DNA of 54,877 bases, counting the filler, from Basidiobolus ranarum (Eukaryota): NCBI GenBank assembly GCA_040143965.1. It is 4 parts of 4 records of this genome, joined end to end, with 100 filler letters (N's around TTAATTAATTAA, not from the genome) between each part and the next. Parts side by side here need not be neighbours in the genome. Positions count along the whole stretch, not along the records: positions 13,760 to 27,410 come from JASJQH010007345.1; 3 more parts are not named here. One strand, written 5' to 3'. The notes under the pieces are model-generated. The model did not search any database, was not told where the DNA came from, and saw nothing but the letters and a program-made list of their open reading frames with translations. Position numbers and translations under genes: made by a program. This document shows, piece after piece, positions 13,660-27,410 of the stretch (position 1 is the stretch's first letter; each line of letters begins with the position of its first letter).

Positions 13660-13759
13660 NNNNNNNNNNNNNNNNNNNNNNNNNNNNNNNNNNNNNNNNN
13701 NNNTTAATTAATTAANNNNNNNNNNNNNNNNNNNNNNNNNNNNNNNNNNNNNNNNNNNN
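13660..13759. other. Artificial contig linker N44-TTAATTAATTAA-N44
   Basis: 100-nt linker with stop codons in all six frames; identical copies occur at 27411 and 41146. Confidence 0.98.
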
Positions 13760-13904
13760 TAAGTTCTTCCCAGATATCTGCATGGTCAACACCAGACTGA
13801 ATGTCAAGGAATGTTCTTCTTCTGAAGCCACTTTCTACATACTTGCACTGCATTTTTCCCTTCATACTTTTGAAAATACTCCTCAAGCACTTTGACTATT
13901 TTTG

Positions 13905-14380
13905 TACGTCCTCCAATGGTAAAAGTAATGGATCTGTAGCAGAAAACACTGCTCCTCTTTCGGCTAGTGTCATAAAGACTGAACATGGTACGTTTTATTT
14001 TACCGATGATCTACCAACCAAATATTAAACCTAATATATACATAGTAGATTACACCGTCAATCGAAAGCATCCTGTACGCGTGTATGTGGTCAAGACCTC
14101 CATTGAATATCACGATTTGGTAGCGCTGTTTCAAGTGAAAAACACGGAATATCAAAGTTTGAACGAAAAGATACATGCTAAGAAGCCTCAACTTGAAAAG
14201 CTTGCAGAGCAAGTACGCAAAAGCTCCGACTCAGAAAAGAAGGAACTTGCTGTGGAAATCACCAAGTTACGTTATAAAGAAGTATCGCGCTGGGCAGATG
14301 AATTTACCGAGCTACATTATGATCTGGAAGCGATTGCAAAAGAGCTTTGGAGGGCGAGCGAGCAAGGTCTTGCCGATTAA
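13905..14380 (+). CDS. 3' part of an ELL/occludin-homology domain protein (Pol II elongation factor ELL-like); 5' boundary uncertain
   Basis: Intron 13988-14045. The last exon encodes VKTSIEYHDLVALFQVKNTEYQSLNEKI...FTELHYDLEAIAKEL, which aligns by eye with the ELL C-terminal domain (ISSSEQRQSYKNDFNAEYSEYRDLHARI...EYLHSKLAHIKRLI). Confidence 0.6.
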
Positions 14381-15040
14381 AGCCTGCACACCGTAGTTTA
14401 TTCTAGTGTATATTCATTTCTATGGCACATCTTCTATGATATCTATGTTTGTTTCTATTCTTTTCATCGACATGCCACATTGTTTCCCCTCCCTCAACTC
14501 ATGTGTAATTAAGAAGTAGAGTTGCAGTTCCATTCGTTGCACTCTAAATTGACTCAGATAATTCGGGTGGCGGTTCGATCCACAAATGAAGTTCGCATTG
14601 CTCTACTGACAACTCCATGGGTATTTATTGGTTTCAAGTGAGTCGTCAAGGTTTGGACTTATCAGACCTGCAGGATCCGTTGTTGTTGATTGCTTGATTG
14701 ATCAAATAAAGCATGATTTTGGATTTGCCTGGATAAAAATGGCAATGTTGAGTAAGAATTTGGACAAATGGAAGTGTACTCCAGGATTAGTTACTGTAAT
14801 CATTTCATACCATTACCCCAAGGTCTTTAAAGTGCATTGTACAGCCTATGTACCCTCTGCATTTCAGGAGATAACCAAACCTGCTTTGACTTGTATAATT
14901 ACTATTGTGTCGCTTTATCTGTTGAATTGCTATTGTATCGTTGCTATTGTATCGTGGCATCTTGATAGAAGATTTAAATTGCATAAATTGGCCATTGGGT
15001 CTAGAGTAGTATCACTGTAGTATCACTCTAGTGGCCATTT

Positions 15041-15148
15041 TATATTGAATGTTCGCCTGCTAATTAGCTGTTAAAATATATCGAATTTCCGTCTGCTAAT
15101 TAGCTGTAACAATATATCAAATATTCATCTGCTAATTTGCTGTAACAA
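15041..15148. repeat. Three imperfect tandem copies of a 36-bp unit
   Basis: The core CTGCTAATT(A/T)GCTGT(T/A)A recurs at 15057, 15093 and 15129 with an exact 36-nt period. Each copy is preceded by a TATAT-like segment. Confidence 0.85.
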
Positions 15149-16175
15149 GGGAGCACTGTGCTACATGTTACGTACAATTTACTGGAGTTACATCTGTGAA
15201 GAGGTCGAACCTTATAGTCACTAATAGGTGGAAAAGCGTAGCTGGAACTTGCAGAACATTGATGTTAAGCGAGACCTGTCATTGAAACCAGCGCAATCTC
15301 CTGCTCTGACGACAGAGTCACTGTAGTACCTAATATCAAAGGTGCTCTACCTGCAGATTTGCTTGTAATACTCGCACGAAGAAATGGCGCTACATAGCAC
15401 TTCTTGACTTCCACATGATCAGAAACTTACATCCGTAGATCAAACAATCGCTCACTCAATTGGTCGACATCTGTTGCAAACTAGGGGCACAATGATCCAG
15501 ATTTAGGAAACTGGAAAGCAAGCATCATTTGTTGGCAATAAATGCTACTGATATGCAAGTGGGGAATGCTGGATATATGAAATGTTAACATACATTAACT
15601 CTATACCTAATTTAGTTAGAAATGCGACCAATTCAGAAATGAAAGGATTAATACATTAAACATTTATCACTAAGCCCACATATGGCAGCTTAATCCATGT
15701 TTTGGTCCAATCAGTACCGAGCCCTTCGAACCCAATTCAGTACACAATTTATTTCTACATTCATTCACGCTTGGTTCAATTCAAATTTCTCCATTACATA
15801 ATATCGTAGCTTTTTCTAGTGTGCTTTTTCCAGTGTGCCCTAACCCTCAATTTCTTAATACTTCTGGTTTCATCCTCACTTTCTTCTTGGCATATTTCCG
15901 CTCACCTTCTTTGAATTATTAGCTCCATTCAAGCCTCAGTTAGAATAGATATTTGACTTAGGCGTGATAGTTACTCCCTTCTTCTAATCCTCTGGTTTCT
16001 GCCAGTGTAGGTCTTAATTAACTCTTTTCAAAGCCCCTTCATACTTTTGTACATAAACTACATTTTTTACGGAACTCAATTTTGCTTTCTTTATTTATTC
16101 GTTGTTTGAAGCAACCATCTTACGCATAGTGGAAGTCACATCTTAGGAGATACTTAGTTCAGTTTATAAAGAGTC

Positions 16176-19100
16176 ATGACTGTTCAACCATTTCCACCGC
16201 CCACCGGAAGAAGGCAGTCAGATGCACTTAAGAACCGATATAGCCAAAGTCACAGAGAGGCGATGGTATTCTCCTCCGGTTCAGAAGGCTCTCTATTAAA
16301 TTATGTTGGTTATACGCAAGATAACAACACTACTCAAACCTGGGATTCCCTCTTAAACCAGGTTGTGGTGTCCATTCTGAACCTAGAAAAATCCAGTTAT
16401 ATCTTACAGGCGCATAAAGTTCATTCAAGCATCTATACACTATTAAATGCTACGGATTTACTTTATTGGAACTCACCAGTATTTAAGATCGGTGGTCTAG
16501 TTGGAGTTTTACACCACTTGGTTGGGGAGATTAATTGGCTTATCGTTGTATGTAAACTTGCCGAAAGTACTTGGCCACCTAAAGATATCATTCCTACATT
16601 AAGAAATTTATCCAAGAATTTTTTACAAACACTAAGAGAGTTTGCCCTGAAAGCCAAAGAAAATGAAGTACAAGTTAGACCACCACACATAGCACACCCG
16701 TTTTATCAGTTGAATAACAATTCTAGTGATTCTATATTCCGACGACAAGTGGAACTTCAACCAGCAAATTATGGTGAATCTAGTTTTGTCCACCTTTTCG
16801 AAAGGTTTTCACTGGATTTACTTTCGGAAGTGTTGAAGATTAAAGAGATGGAAATTACTAACTCGGAAGAGCTTGTGACTGGAATGTTACTCTGTATCGA
16901 TTCTATCGGAACCTTCTTATGCTTGCTGGAGATACTCAATATACCCAACCCCGGTGACTCCGTACTATCCGAAATAACTGAAGAAGCATTTGTTGCGCAT
17001 CATAACTTCATTCAAAAGAAGATCTCTTTATACTCGAACATAAACGAGCTTGTCACCAGTACTAGAGCGACTTTATTCAGTTTTACACAAGATAACGCCA
17101 AGTTGAGTTCAAACGAATATATATTGAATGGGATAAATTCAACACAGGAAGTGATCCAAGCAGTGAAGGATTTATTGCAGTTTGAAGAGATTATCAAAAC
17201 CATCAATCTATTCGAAACAAAAGATTACTCTGATGATCCTGGGATGGAGAACGAATTAGACCTACTTAAGCGTAGAGTAGATAGTGTAAAAGAATTCCGG
17301 GAAGAGAATGGCTTTTTATCTAGTAGTTCTGACTCTGAATCTGATCATCCTAAAGAAATCGACCGTGAGAAGCTGTCCATTGAGAATGGAATTGAAGAGA
17401 TCAATACTCGTACCTCTTTTTCCTCTACAAGTTCTACCTGGAGCTGTAATACTCAGGAGGAAGCACGGGAATCCACCAAAGAAGAGCACGATGCCCCAGT
17501 AGATGAGTTAGCACTCTTGGTAGACGAGAAGGCTCGATTATCTACATCTTCGGAACTTTCCAGGTCTAGCTTTCAGTCCACTAGTAGTCGACAAACCAAT
17601 GACGATAACCGATCATCAAACTCAACCATGCCACCATTGACTTTGGATGGTCCGGTTGGGAATGTTTCAAAAGTAAACAGGAGTCTGCACGACTCTATGA
17701 AGTCTAAATCTAGAAAGAGATCGGTGTTTGATTTGACTAGGACTCAGAGCCATTCAAAAGATGGTACTCCCACAAGTGTGGCTGCCAAGCTAAGTTTAGC
17801 ACTAGGATTCAATTCTTCTAGAAGACCTTCTCTGCCAGCTGTTCTTCCCACGGGATTGTTTTCGTCTGATGGCGAGAAACCTGTCAAGAAAGGTTAGTAA
17901 GGATAAGATTACCATGTACGAAGGCTGGGATTTGCTAACATGAATACAACGTAGGATTCTTCCGAAAGAAATCATCCATTGATCACCCATCTGAGAAGAA
18001 AAGTCAACTCAACAATATCATCGAAGAAAGAAGAGGTTCCGTCGAGGTAGCAAGCTTACTTTAGCGTTATCGATAGTGAATGATAAACTAATCTTTGTAC
18101 AGTGCAAAAATGAAGAATGGTTCCTTGACTATGATTACGACCCAGCCGATGTAGTATTCAATCCCGAGGGCCAGTTGATTGGCGGCACTATTGAGGCTTT
18201 GGTCGAACGTTTGACACTGCATGATACAACAATTGGTATGAATACAAATATTAGCTCAGTTACAGCCTTTATATTGATTCTCATCATTCCATTGTAGATT
18301 CGGATTTTGTCAACGTGTTCTTACTCACCTTTCGCAACTTTTGCAAACCTGCGGACTTTTGCAATCTTCTGTTGGCCAGATTTAATATTATGGTGCCAGA
18401 TGGATTAACCGATGGTGAATATCAAAGTTGGAGACTGAAGAAGCTGACACCCATTCGACTAAGGTAAGTCTGTTGCAATGGAGTCTGAATGCCAGTCATT
18501 TACGTATTTGCATTTCACAGAGTGCACAACATATTGAAAACATGGCTTGAGTCTTACTTTTATGACGACGAAGATTATGAATGTCTTCAACCTATGCTTA
18601 ATCTTGCCGAAGGGGCCATGAAAGAAATGATGGCTAGCTCTGCTGAACGATTGGCTAACATCGTCAGGCTTAAGGTACCACTTGTAGTGCATTCCGTCTC
18701 TACTGCTAATTCTCATTGAACCAATATCTTTTGCTAGATGGAAACATTACAGCAAGAGAGCCCCGAGGATTCTAAACCATCCTCGTTACGTCTGGGTAAC
18801 TCCAAGTCGGTAGATCGTTTGATGGCTGCAGCAATGGCACTCGTTCCTGATACACCACCACCACCGTCCATCCTTTCGAAGACTATTTTGGATTCTTTGG
18901 CGGAGGATGAACCCATTAACATCACAGATATCGAGGCTCTAGAAGTTGCTCGACAATTGACCATCATGGACAGCAGACTTTTCCGAGCCATCCGTCCTCA
19001 TGAATTGATAGGTCAAGAGTTCTCCAAAAAAGAGGAAAGTTTGTCAGTCAATGTTAGAATGATGTCTAAGATCAGCACCCAAGTAAGTAATGATCACGAT

Positions 19101-20049
19101 TGCATCAAATGTCAAGCTTCATCAGACCTAACCGACGTCCCACCCAGATTACAGAATGGGTTGCTCATACAATTTTGCAAGAAGAAGACATTCGTAGACG
19201 ATTGGCTGTCTTAAAACACTTTATCATGATTGCTGAGGTATGTACATTCGTAGTTGCTGAAATCCACATGCTCTGACTCGCTTTGATCGTTCTCTAGAAA
19301 TGTTATACCCTTAATAACTTCAATACCCTAATGGCCATTATGTGTGGTCTTAATTCATCTATGATCGCTAGACTTAAGAAGACATGGAGTGTAAGTTGCT
19401 CGGGTTGTTCCATTATCTCGGGATCGCGTGCTCATACCATTTATGCATAGTTACTTCCTGGAAAGCATGAAATTCTGACTGAAAATCTCCGACGTATCAC
19501 CGACCATTCAAGAAACTATTCAGAATATCGTAAACAACTGAAAGAGAGCCCGCCCCCATGTCTACCATTTCTAGGTAATTCAGTGCAATACTAGCGCCCA
19601 CAATGTACACGCTTATCTAATGTCGTGGAATCTTTGTAGGAATTTATTTGACTGATTTGACATTCACCGACGATGGCAATCGCGCCTTTCGACGAACAAA
19701 TCAAGTGATTAACTTTAACAAACACGTGAAGACTGTGCGAATCATTCAAGAGGTTCAACATTTCCAAGTCCCTTATAATTTGGCAGATGTGGTCGAGTTG
19801 CAGGATTACTTGAGTAGAGAAATCGAAGCCTGCTCTGGATGGGATCCTAATGAATTATATGAGCTCAGTTTGCAGCGAGAGCCTCGACAAGAATCCGGCG
19901 GAGTTCCTGGTCTTCGCAGGGCTAGCTCTTTCTGCGATACTATTCCACCTCACAGTAACCCACCATCCCCATCCATGGTACCATTATCAACACCCACATC
20001 ACCTCTTGCGAATTCTAGCATAACCAGAGACTCCACCATCTCTAAATAA
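16176..20049 (+). CDS. Ras guanine nucleotide exchange factor, Cdc25/Ste6 type (REM + RasGEF domains), 10 exons
   Basis: Exons 16176-17892, 17955-18046, 18103-18235, 18298-18463, 18521-18674, 18738-19082, 19148-19237, 19298-19390, 19451-19573, 19640-20049. Motifs GGTIEALVERLT, FLLTFRNF, LRVHNILKTWLE, LEVARQLT, LNNFNTLMAI, PPCLPFLGIYLTDLTFTDDGN and INFNK. Confidence 0.93.
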
Positions 20050-20346
20050 TCATTAGTAGTAAAAAATTAGAGAACCATTTTTTTTGAGTAACTTGTATTC
20101 TGATAACCCACTGGTACTTCTTCTAAACCATTTTTATGATTTCTTTTTGTTTATTTTATCGACCATCATGCAAGTATTTTCCTTTGGTATTTTCCAATTT
20201 TAGACATCAATTGAATCATATATTTATTACTTTTCTTTGAACTAATAAGCGTCTAATTATACAAATAAAAAAAGAAAACCGGTCATTCATCTAATCGAAT
20301 TCGGGGATTAATTGACTGGACCGCGGCTCTTGTGTCGATGGTGTAT

Positions 20347-23300
20347 TTAATTGGAATAAAGTTGAATAAAACTGAGCTTTAAAACTGCATGTAATCGTTG
20401 ATCTTCTGGAAGTGGAAGGCTTTTAAGGAGATGTTGCTCTTTGTGTTCAGTTAGATCTAATTCGGAGAGAGAACGAGAGATTTTAGATGCCATTTCAGCT
20501 ATACAAACGGTTTGCTGAGTGTTGGTGAAAGCCTTCTCTTTCATTCGTGAGAGTGTACGAAGGAGTTGGGTCATTTGATTCTTGACTTGAATGAAATCAG
20601 GGAAATTCTCTGGAAGTGAATTCTCTAAAATCTTGGGTAGGTTTTCGAAAATTTCAATATACTCTAGGAATACTAAACCACCATTTTCCCAATCAGCAAC
20701 TTCTTCTGAATCAATATGACTGAGTAATGACTTCAATCGACATATTTGATTCCGTAATAAAGCGTCTGGTGCTAATTTCTCAACAATAAGTTGATGTGCT
20801 TGATTCCATTTATTAGCATGGAGTAAGCAGACAGCTTCTTCATAATCCATTCCATTGGATTTGGCGTGCAGTGCCTTGGCTTCATAGACCCACTCACTTG
20901 GAACTTTAAGTGTGTTGAGAAGGAACATTTCATCATCATTGAACTGAATCTCTGGTAGACTGTCTGACTCTTGCTCCACCGCATCAACGGAGATATGTCT
21001 AAAGATGAGTTCCCGGATGGCTACTTCTCTAGAATCGGTGTCTCTTAGATGAAGCATAATGAACACCGCCCACTTCCAAAGTCCCAATCTTTCTAATTGG
21101 AATGCGAAACTAATGCATGCGTTGGCACCAGGTGAACTATCGATAGAATCCTCATAGCGTTCGAACAATCTTACACCTAAAACGCGCTCGAGCATGATGA
21201 AAAGATGCCAGGAGAGACGGTGATCGAGTGGAGAAGGTGAGATTGAAAGTGGAAGAATAGCATCCTCCAGGGAATAGGTTGGATCAATATACACCTTGAT
21301 TAGACAGTAGAGAACATCGAACTGGCTAGTTTGAACGGAAGAATCCTTTTGATACCAAGGAACAGGTAATGCTACAGGAACAGTACAATTTTGCTCAAGG
21401 AAAGCATGTTCGTATTTGGCCACTGATTCTGCCATGGATGTTTCCAAGAAGCTTGCATACCACATGAACAAACCCAAGGTTCGTTTCCAATCTAAACCTT
21501 CGTGAACATAAACAGATCTATCCTGACGATCCAAAGAATCCATACTTTGTGGACAGATATTACCACTTAAAAGCTCATAAAGTCGAGTATAGTCAGCGTT
21601 GATATTGGATTGGAAACGGTATTCTTTCCACTTGAGCACTTGATGAGCAATATCAATTCGAGATTGAGCGTCACCACCCGCTTGAGAGATTAACGTAGAA
21701 AGGCGGAAATCCCGATTTTTAATACATTCGACACATGCTTTACTAATCCGATTCCCAGTTATGTAAGCAAAGATGATCCCTGCGTTATTTCCTTTAGCCT
21801 CCAATTGCTGGATATGAGCCAACATTTCAGGTCGAACAGCTTCTTTGAGCCAATTGGTAAAAGAGGTTTTGTTATGAATTGCAGTCAGTCTTTCCAAGGC
21901 TTGACCAGACAATACATCATTAGGAGGAACGAATGTATTATCCCATAGAGCTTGGGCAAGTTTCCACACCAACACTTCGTGGGTTTCAAAAGGCTTCCGA
22001 GGATTGGAATCTAATTTCTCAACGAAACTCTTGAAATTAAGTTCAAAGGAGGTAGAAGCCATAGGAACGCCGTTGTCATCTAGAGTAATCTCGGTATGAT
22101 CTAGTTGATTTTTCAAAGTGATTTCATGCTTTTGCTTCTCGCCTTCCTCATTTTGGAAGATTTTGACCTTTTGAATATTGACTTGGGACAATGATTCGGT
22201 GGATGAGGATGGTTTAGCTAGATTCTGAAGAGTTACGATACGTCCTGAAGAAACCATGACCCCACCTGGGCCCCAACCAACTCTAAATGAGCGGCCCATC
22301 ATAAGACCAGCATCTACAAGACAATCTGATTTAGAATGCGAGAGAGACTTTTCGTACGTTACACGGGCATGCTTTTTAGCTGGTCGAATTGAGCGAGCTG
22401 ATGAGAAATGGGAATTTCTGGCCTCGTGGATATTTTCAGGAAGGCTCTCACTTTCATCTTGAATCTCCATATCTTGACCAAATCTTACAGAAGTGACAGG
22501 TTCGTGATCAGGTTTAGATGACCATGAAGAAGCAGCAGTAGAAACTGGTTTCAACAATGGGGGATTAGTATCTTGAACACTCTCCCGGAATAGTGAAGCT
22601 TGCATAACATGAACTTTATGAGCCTCCAAGCCCAATTGTCTGGCCCAGGGCTTGGCTTGTTGAGATTCATTAAGAGTACTGGAGCTTGATTTAAAAAGAT
22701 CCGCATTGGAAGACACGCCCCATTGTGATCCGATCATTCCAATGTCGGCATGGTCACTCTCTTCAGCTTCCATGAAAATCCCTTGAGATGGCGAAGCAAA
22801 TGTATCCTCAATACCCGACTCATCCATAGAATTGTACAATTCTTCACGTTCTGAATCGTCACTTTCTGGTGAAAGCCAGGAAACTGGTGGAGCATCAACC
22901 ATATCTTCATCACTCAGAAGCCTTTTGTTGGTCACTCGCACGTTCTCTTCAACAACAACTTCAGGAGCCAATAATGGTTTGGAATTATTTGATGAAGGCA
23001 ATGTCTCCTCCTCTTCCTCATCGTCATCGTCAAGCCCATACCGACTGAAATGCTGAACAATGAAAGACCAAGAACCATCATCAAGGTTGAAATCCACGAA
23101 TTCGGTCTCAGGAATAGACTTCATCTTTCTGATGTGTTGTTGTAATCTAGGGGAGTTGCGATCAGTGATGAATTTCCTGGTAGATTTGTCAATGGGCCAG
23201 CACTGCTCAAGAGAAATAAGTGCAGGAACATTCAAACCATTACCAACTGGTGGTTTGATAGTTTCATCAGGATAAACGGTACAAGATTTCTTTTCAAAGA

Positions 23301-26300
23301 TCACAACTTCTCCTAAGATCAAGGATAAATCGAGGCCGGAGATATCAACAGGTTCCAGGAAACGAACCTTACCATACCCAATACGTCCCACTTCAAATTC
23401 GGGAATATTCTTTAGTCCCTCCTTGGACAATTTTTTCAACTCTCCAACAGAAGGAGAACACCAGTATTCGGAGGTAGGAAGCTTCGTTGGGGGCGTGGTA
23501 ACACCATACTCTGTACCGAAATCAGTATTTACTGGTGAGGAATTCATTATGTTATCATTAGAAGTTTCCGCCATCAAGTAAGACAAAGTTCTCACTCCAT
23601 TTTCTTGGGGAGAATCAGCATCATCATGTCCAAAATATGTATTCAAGTCAGGATTAAACTTGACAGTTCTGGGATTGGTGGTCGGAGTTGTAGTTTGAGA
23701 GTTGGGAGTGGATCCACCAAAAATAGGTGTACCTCTATCAAGAGTATCGCCAATTTTATGATTGATAACTAGTTTCTTGACGCTCTGCTTAGGAGTGAAA
23801 GCCTCAGGGCTTAATACAGTATCGTCATTAGTACTTTCGAAAAGGTGGACTGAGCTGGAACTGTTGAGCTTATATGTTGAGGCGGTCATGGATGAACCTA
23901 AAGGAAATCCACGAAGCTTGATCTTACTAGATGATCTAGGAGTAGATTTGAAGTGAGGTGTATTGGAGTATTTTTTCTTTTGAACAGTAGATGATGCCAA
24001 TACGTCGGTATTAGAGATACTACTATGAAGTGGAGATGTAGCATTGGTACTAGAAGGAGGAAGAGTGGAAAACAGAGGATTGTTTCCATATGGGTTTTTG
24101 TCAATGGATGCCTGCAAAGGAGCCTGGTTGATACTTCCCAAACCAGCGGTGTTTTGCATACTAGCTCCAAGGCTGGAAGAATTGGATAATCCGAAACCAG
24201 AACCAAATCCAGTATTAGTATTGGTGCTTGTACCAAACAACCCTCCAGTAGTTCCAGCTGGTTTATTAAGCGATCCTCCCAACCCACTTCCAGCAGTACC
24301 TAACGAAGACCCAAAGGTATTACTTGTAGTCCCGGTATTTCCAAAAAGACTGGGAGTTGTGGTATTGGTATTACCGCCAAATAAGCTTGAACCAGCAGTA
24401 CTAGTAGCAGTGGAGCTACCGAAAAGACCTCCACTAGGTGCACTAGTCGTAGTAGAATTACCAAATCCGAATGAAGGTTTAGCGGCGTTATTAGCACCCA
24501 GTGCATTATTAGTATTCCCAAATGAAAAGCTAGTAGAGGCAGCTGGTGTAGTTCCAAACGAAGATCCGGTATTACTTCCGAAACCAAATGAGGGCGCAGC
24601 AGGGGCAGCAGAGGCAGCAGCACCAAACCCACCACTTCCGAATCCGCTAGTAGCAGCACCAGATCCGAATCCAGTAGTAGCGGCATTGTTCCCACCAAAA
24701 CCAAAACCTCCAGTAGTGGCAGGAGTTCCACTCCCAAAAGCTGGAGTACTGGTAGAACCAAATGGCGCGGATGTCGTGGTAGTAGCAGGTGTAGACCCTA
24801 TAAAGGTGATATAAAGTATCAGCACATATTTTACATAAGAAATATGTTCATCAAAAGTATCAACCAAAGCCAAAGGTAGGTTTAGATGGTGTAGTATTAC
24901 CGAAACCACCGCCAGAACCAAAAGCAGGTGTCGTAGATGCTTGACCGAAAGGTGAAGTGGTGTTATTGTTGGCACCAAATCCGCCGCTAGGATTGGACGT
25001 ATTTTGGCCAAATAAAGTATTAGATGAATTAGTGTTGCCGAAACTTGAAGACCCAAAGAGACCTATAAAACCAATAAGTTAATGCTACACTTTTTAATAA
25101 CTTTTAAAGGAGCTATCTAACCACCAGTTGACGTATTAGTGTTGGTAGTGTTAGTATTAGATCCAAATCCACCGGAACCAAACCCTGTAGCTTGTCCAAA
25201 CCCGGATGCTGGTTGAGTATTATTACTACCAAAAAGTCCACCAGCGTTTGACGTAGGTGTGGCGCCAAAAGAAGTACCACTGCTTCCAAAACCAGTGGTG
25301 TTTGAGGCAAAACTATTGGGCTGACCAAATCCAGTAGTGCCGGTTTGTCCGGCACTCTTTCTTCCTTGTTCATAATCCTGAGCTCTTAATTCCTGAATAT
25401 CAAGAAATTGTGTTTTGTTTAGCAATGAGATACATCTCACATAAAGTACATCATAAATAAGCGCCATGTACCTCAAAAGAGTAATTTCTATATGCTGGCA
25501 TAGCAGTAATACTTTGAAGTAAGGATATTACTCCAGTACTAGTATCTTTGTCTTGAGTCACACTATAGGCAGGACTTGCTGTACCAGTTCCAGCTCCAGC
25601 ATTTGAATTGAAGGAGTCTATAAGGGCAAACGCAATTAAAGTGAGTAAAATATTTATGAATCTTCGATAAAAAAGTATAAGAACTTACTTGAACCAAAAG
25701 CGCCAGTTGTGCTAGTATTGGAGGAGCCGAAAGCAGTTTTTTGGCCGAACAAACCTGTTGATCCAGTTGAACCAAATCCGGGAGTTGTGGTATTGTTAGT
25801 AGCATTATTATTGGCACCTGTGAAACAGGAAAAAGGTTAACATAACAGTTTTATAAGTGGTATTACAATCTATTTGAATTACCAAAGCCACCAAATCCTG
25901 TAGATGTGTTTGCAGCAGCGCCAAACAATCCACCTCCGGTACCAGTACTTCCGAAAGCAGGTTGAGCTGCCTGAGTAGGTTGTTGACCAAATGCGGGAGT
26001 AGAGCCAAAACCTAAATCAATAATCATAAGTTATATGGTAAAGGATAGGATTTACACTATGTAAATATGGTATCTAGAGGACCTGTTGTATTATTGTTGA
26101 ATCCAGCTTGCTGATTTTGTTGACCGAAACCTGCTGGTTGATGCAAGTAGTAAAAATTGAATATTCTAGAGATCTTGATAGAAGATTTGATGAATTATTG
26201 AAATTGATCATCCACTTACCACCAAAGCTGTTGTTCGTTTGTCCAAATGTTGAGTTTTGATTTTGCTGGCCAAAACCTCCACCACTACCAAAACCCGAGT

Positions 26301-26325
26301 TTCCAAAACTACTGCCACCAAACAT
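20347..26325 (-). CDS. NUP98: Nucleoporin Nup98-Nup96 precursor (Nup189/SonB/Nup145 family), multi-exon
   Basis: ATG at 26325. FG/GLFG repeats span several small exons. The GLEBS motif SITAMPAYRNYSFEELRAQDY crosses intron 25471-25393. The autoproteolytic domain ends in FIVQHFSRYGL, followed by Nup96 (DAGLMMGRSFRVGWGPGG). The large last exon is 24797-20347. Confidence 0.96.
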
Positions 26326-26421
26326 AACTAAATGATGGAGTACAGTGATCTATATAGTTATTGGGTGTGAAAAGATAAAGAAAATATATGTATAAACTCG
26401 ACAACGGTGATATGTAGCGGA

Positions 26422-26431
26422 AAACGCGTTT
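26422..26431. promoter_or_regulatory. MCB-like palindrome AAACGCGTTT upstream of NUP98
   Basis: ACGCGT core about 100 nt upstream of the ATG. Sequence match only. Confidence 0.35.
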
Positions 26432-27351
26432 CGGGCAAGCAGTAATTTCACCAGATCAAGTCTAGGAGTTTATCGTGTAGTTGAGCTTGATCCTAGTGCT
26501 TGAAATTTTTTTCTCCCAGATCATTGAGTAACAAAAATTCCAATATATATTTTTAATATACTATGCGAATCTCTTTTGTTTACATTTTCCCGCATCTCCA
26601 TATTGGAAGGGTGCAAGTCGATGGGATTTTTTGTTTAGAGTGAAAGTTGAAGTCAAAATCAATTATACATGTTTGTTACTGGATCTAAGCAAACATTAGC
26701 AATTTTAGATAACTTTACACTGCTTCAATTATTGCTATCCACAGTTGGGCTTCGATGTTCAGTGGGTGATGTATGTATTTCAATTGATTTGTGCATTGAT
26801 TTGGACATAAGTCTCGGAGCTTCGACAAAGTTGTATAGACTATAGTTATGACGTAGATTTGGTAAGTTTGGATACTCCGACAACTGTCTCACAACATTGC
26901 AACCTTCTAAGACTCACTTTAACGCAATGACGTTAATACTAAAGAGTTACAAGATGTACTATCCGTACTGCGAGAGCCATAACCCTAAGCGTACTATGAA
27001 TGTCATATTTTCTCATTTCTATGAATACATTTACTCTTGTGATGCGCTCCATCAATTCTTATGGTGCTAAAGTGCCTTCTACATATAACATAACATGGTA
27101 TAAGAGTAAATATAATTTCTCAAAAGTCCAGCCTGACTGTTTTTAGTTAAAAGACCGTCTTACCAAAATTAAAATCTACTAACTGGTAAAGTTCAGTCAA
27201 ACTTCGAAAAAAAATCCATGCTTTTTTTTCTCGAGTGAAATTTTGACTATAATTTTTCGGCTACTTTTTTAATACATTGACTGTTATTACACTCTGGGTT
27301 AGCAGCCAGCTTTTTCACTTATATTACTGCAGTTTTTATTTTCAATACAAC

Positions 27352-27410
27352 ATGGGTTTTGGTGATCGCGGAGGTCGTGGAGGTCGTGGCGGTTTCAGTG
27401 GTGGCCGTGG
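27352..27410 (+). CDS. N-terminus of an RGG/GAR-domain protein, probably fibrillarin (Nop1), possibly Gar1; truncated by the contig end
   Basis: Translation MGFGDRGGRGGRGGFSGGR; RRPE-like TGAAATTTT at about 27236 upstream. Confidence 0.6.

Noticed and set aside
13704..13715. TTAATTAATTAA recurring three times at about 13.7-kb spacing as a biological repeat
   Set aside because: It is always embedded in N44 runs; an assembly linker.
14565..14584. GGTTCGATCC B-box/T-arm-like motif as a tRNA gene
   Set aside because: No acceptor stem, D-arm or anticodon arm can be built around it.
15041..15148. 36-bp periodic repeat as a CRISPR array
   Set aside because: The units are contiguous and similar along their whole length, with no unique spacers. 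No cas genes, and the context is eukaryotic.
24044..24814. 256-aa plus-strand Pro/Val-rich ORF
   Set aside because: Antisense shadow of the Nup98 FG-repeat codons.
24798..25056. N-terminal ~87 aa of the 1569-aa ORF
   Set aside because: Wrong frame plus a 67-nt intron (24864-24798). The true upstream exons encode FG repeats.
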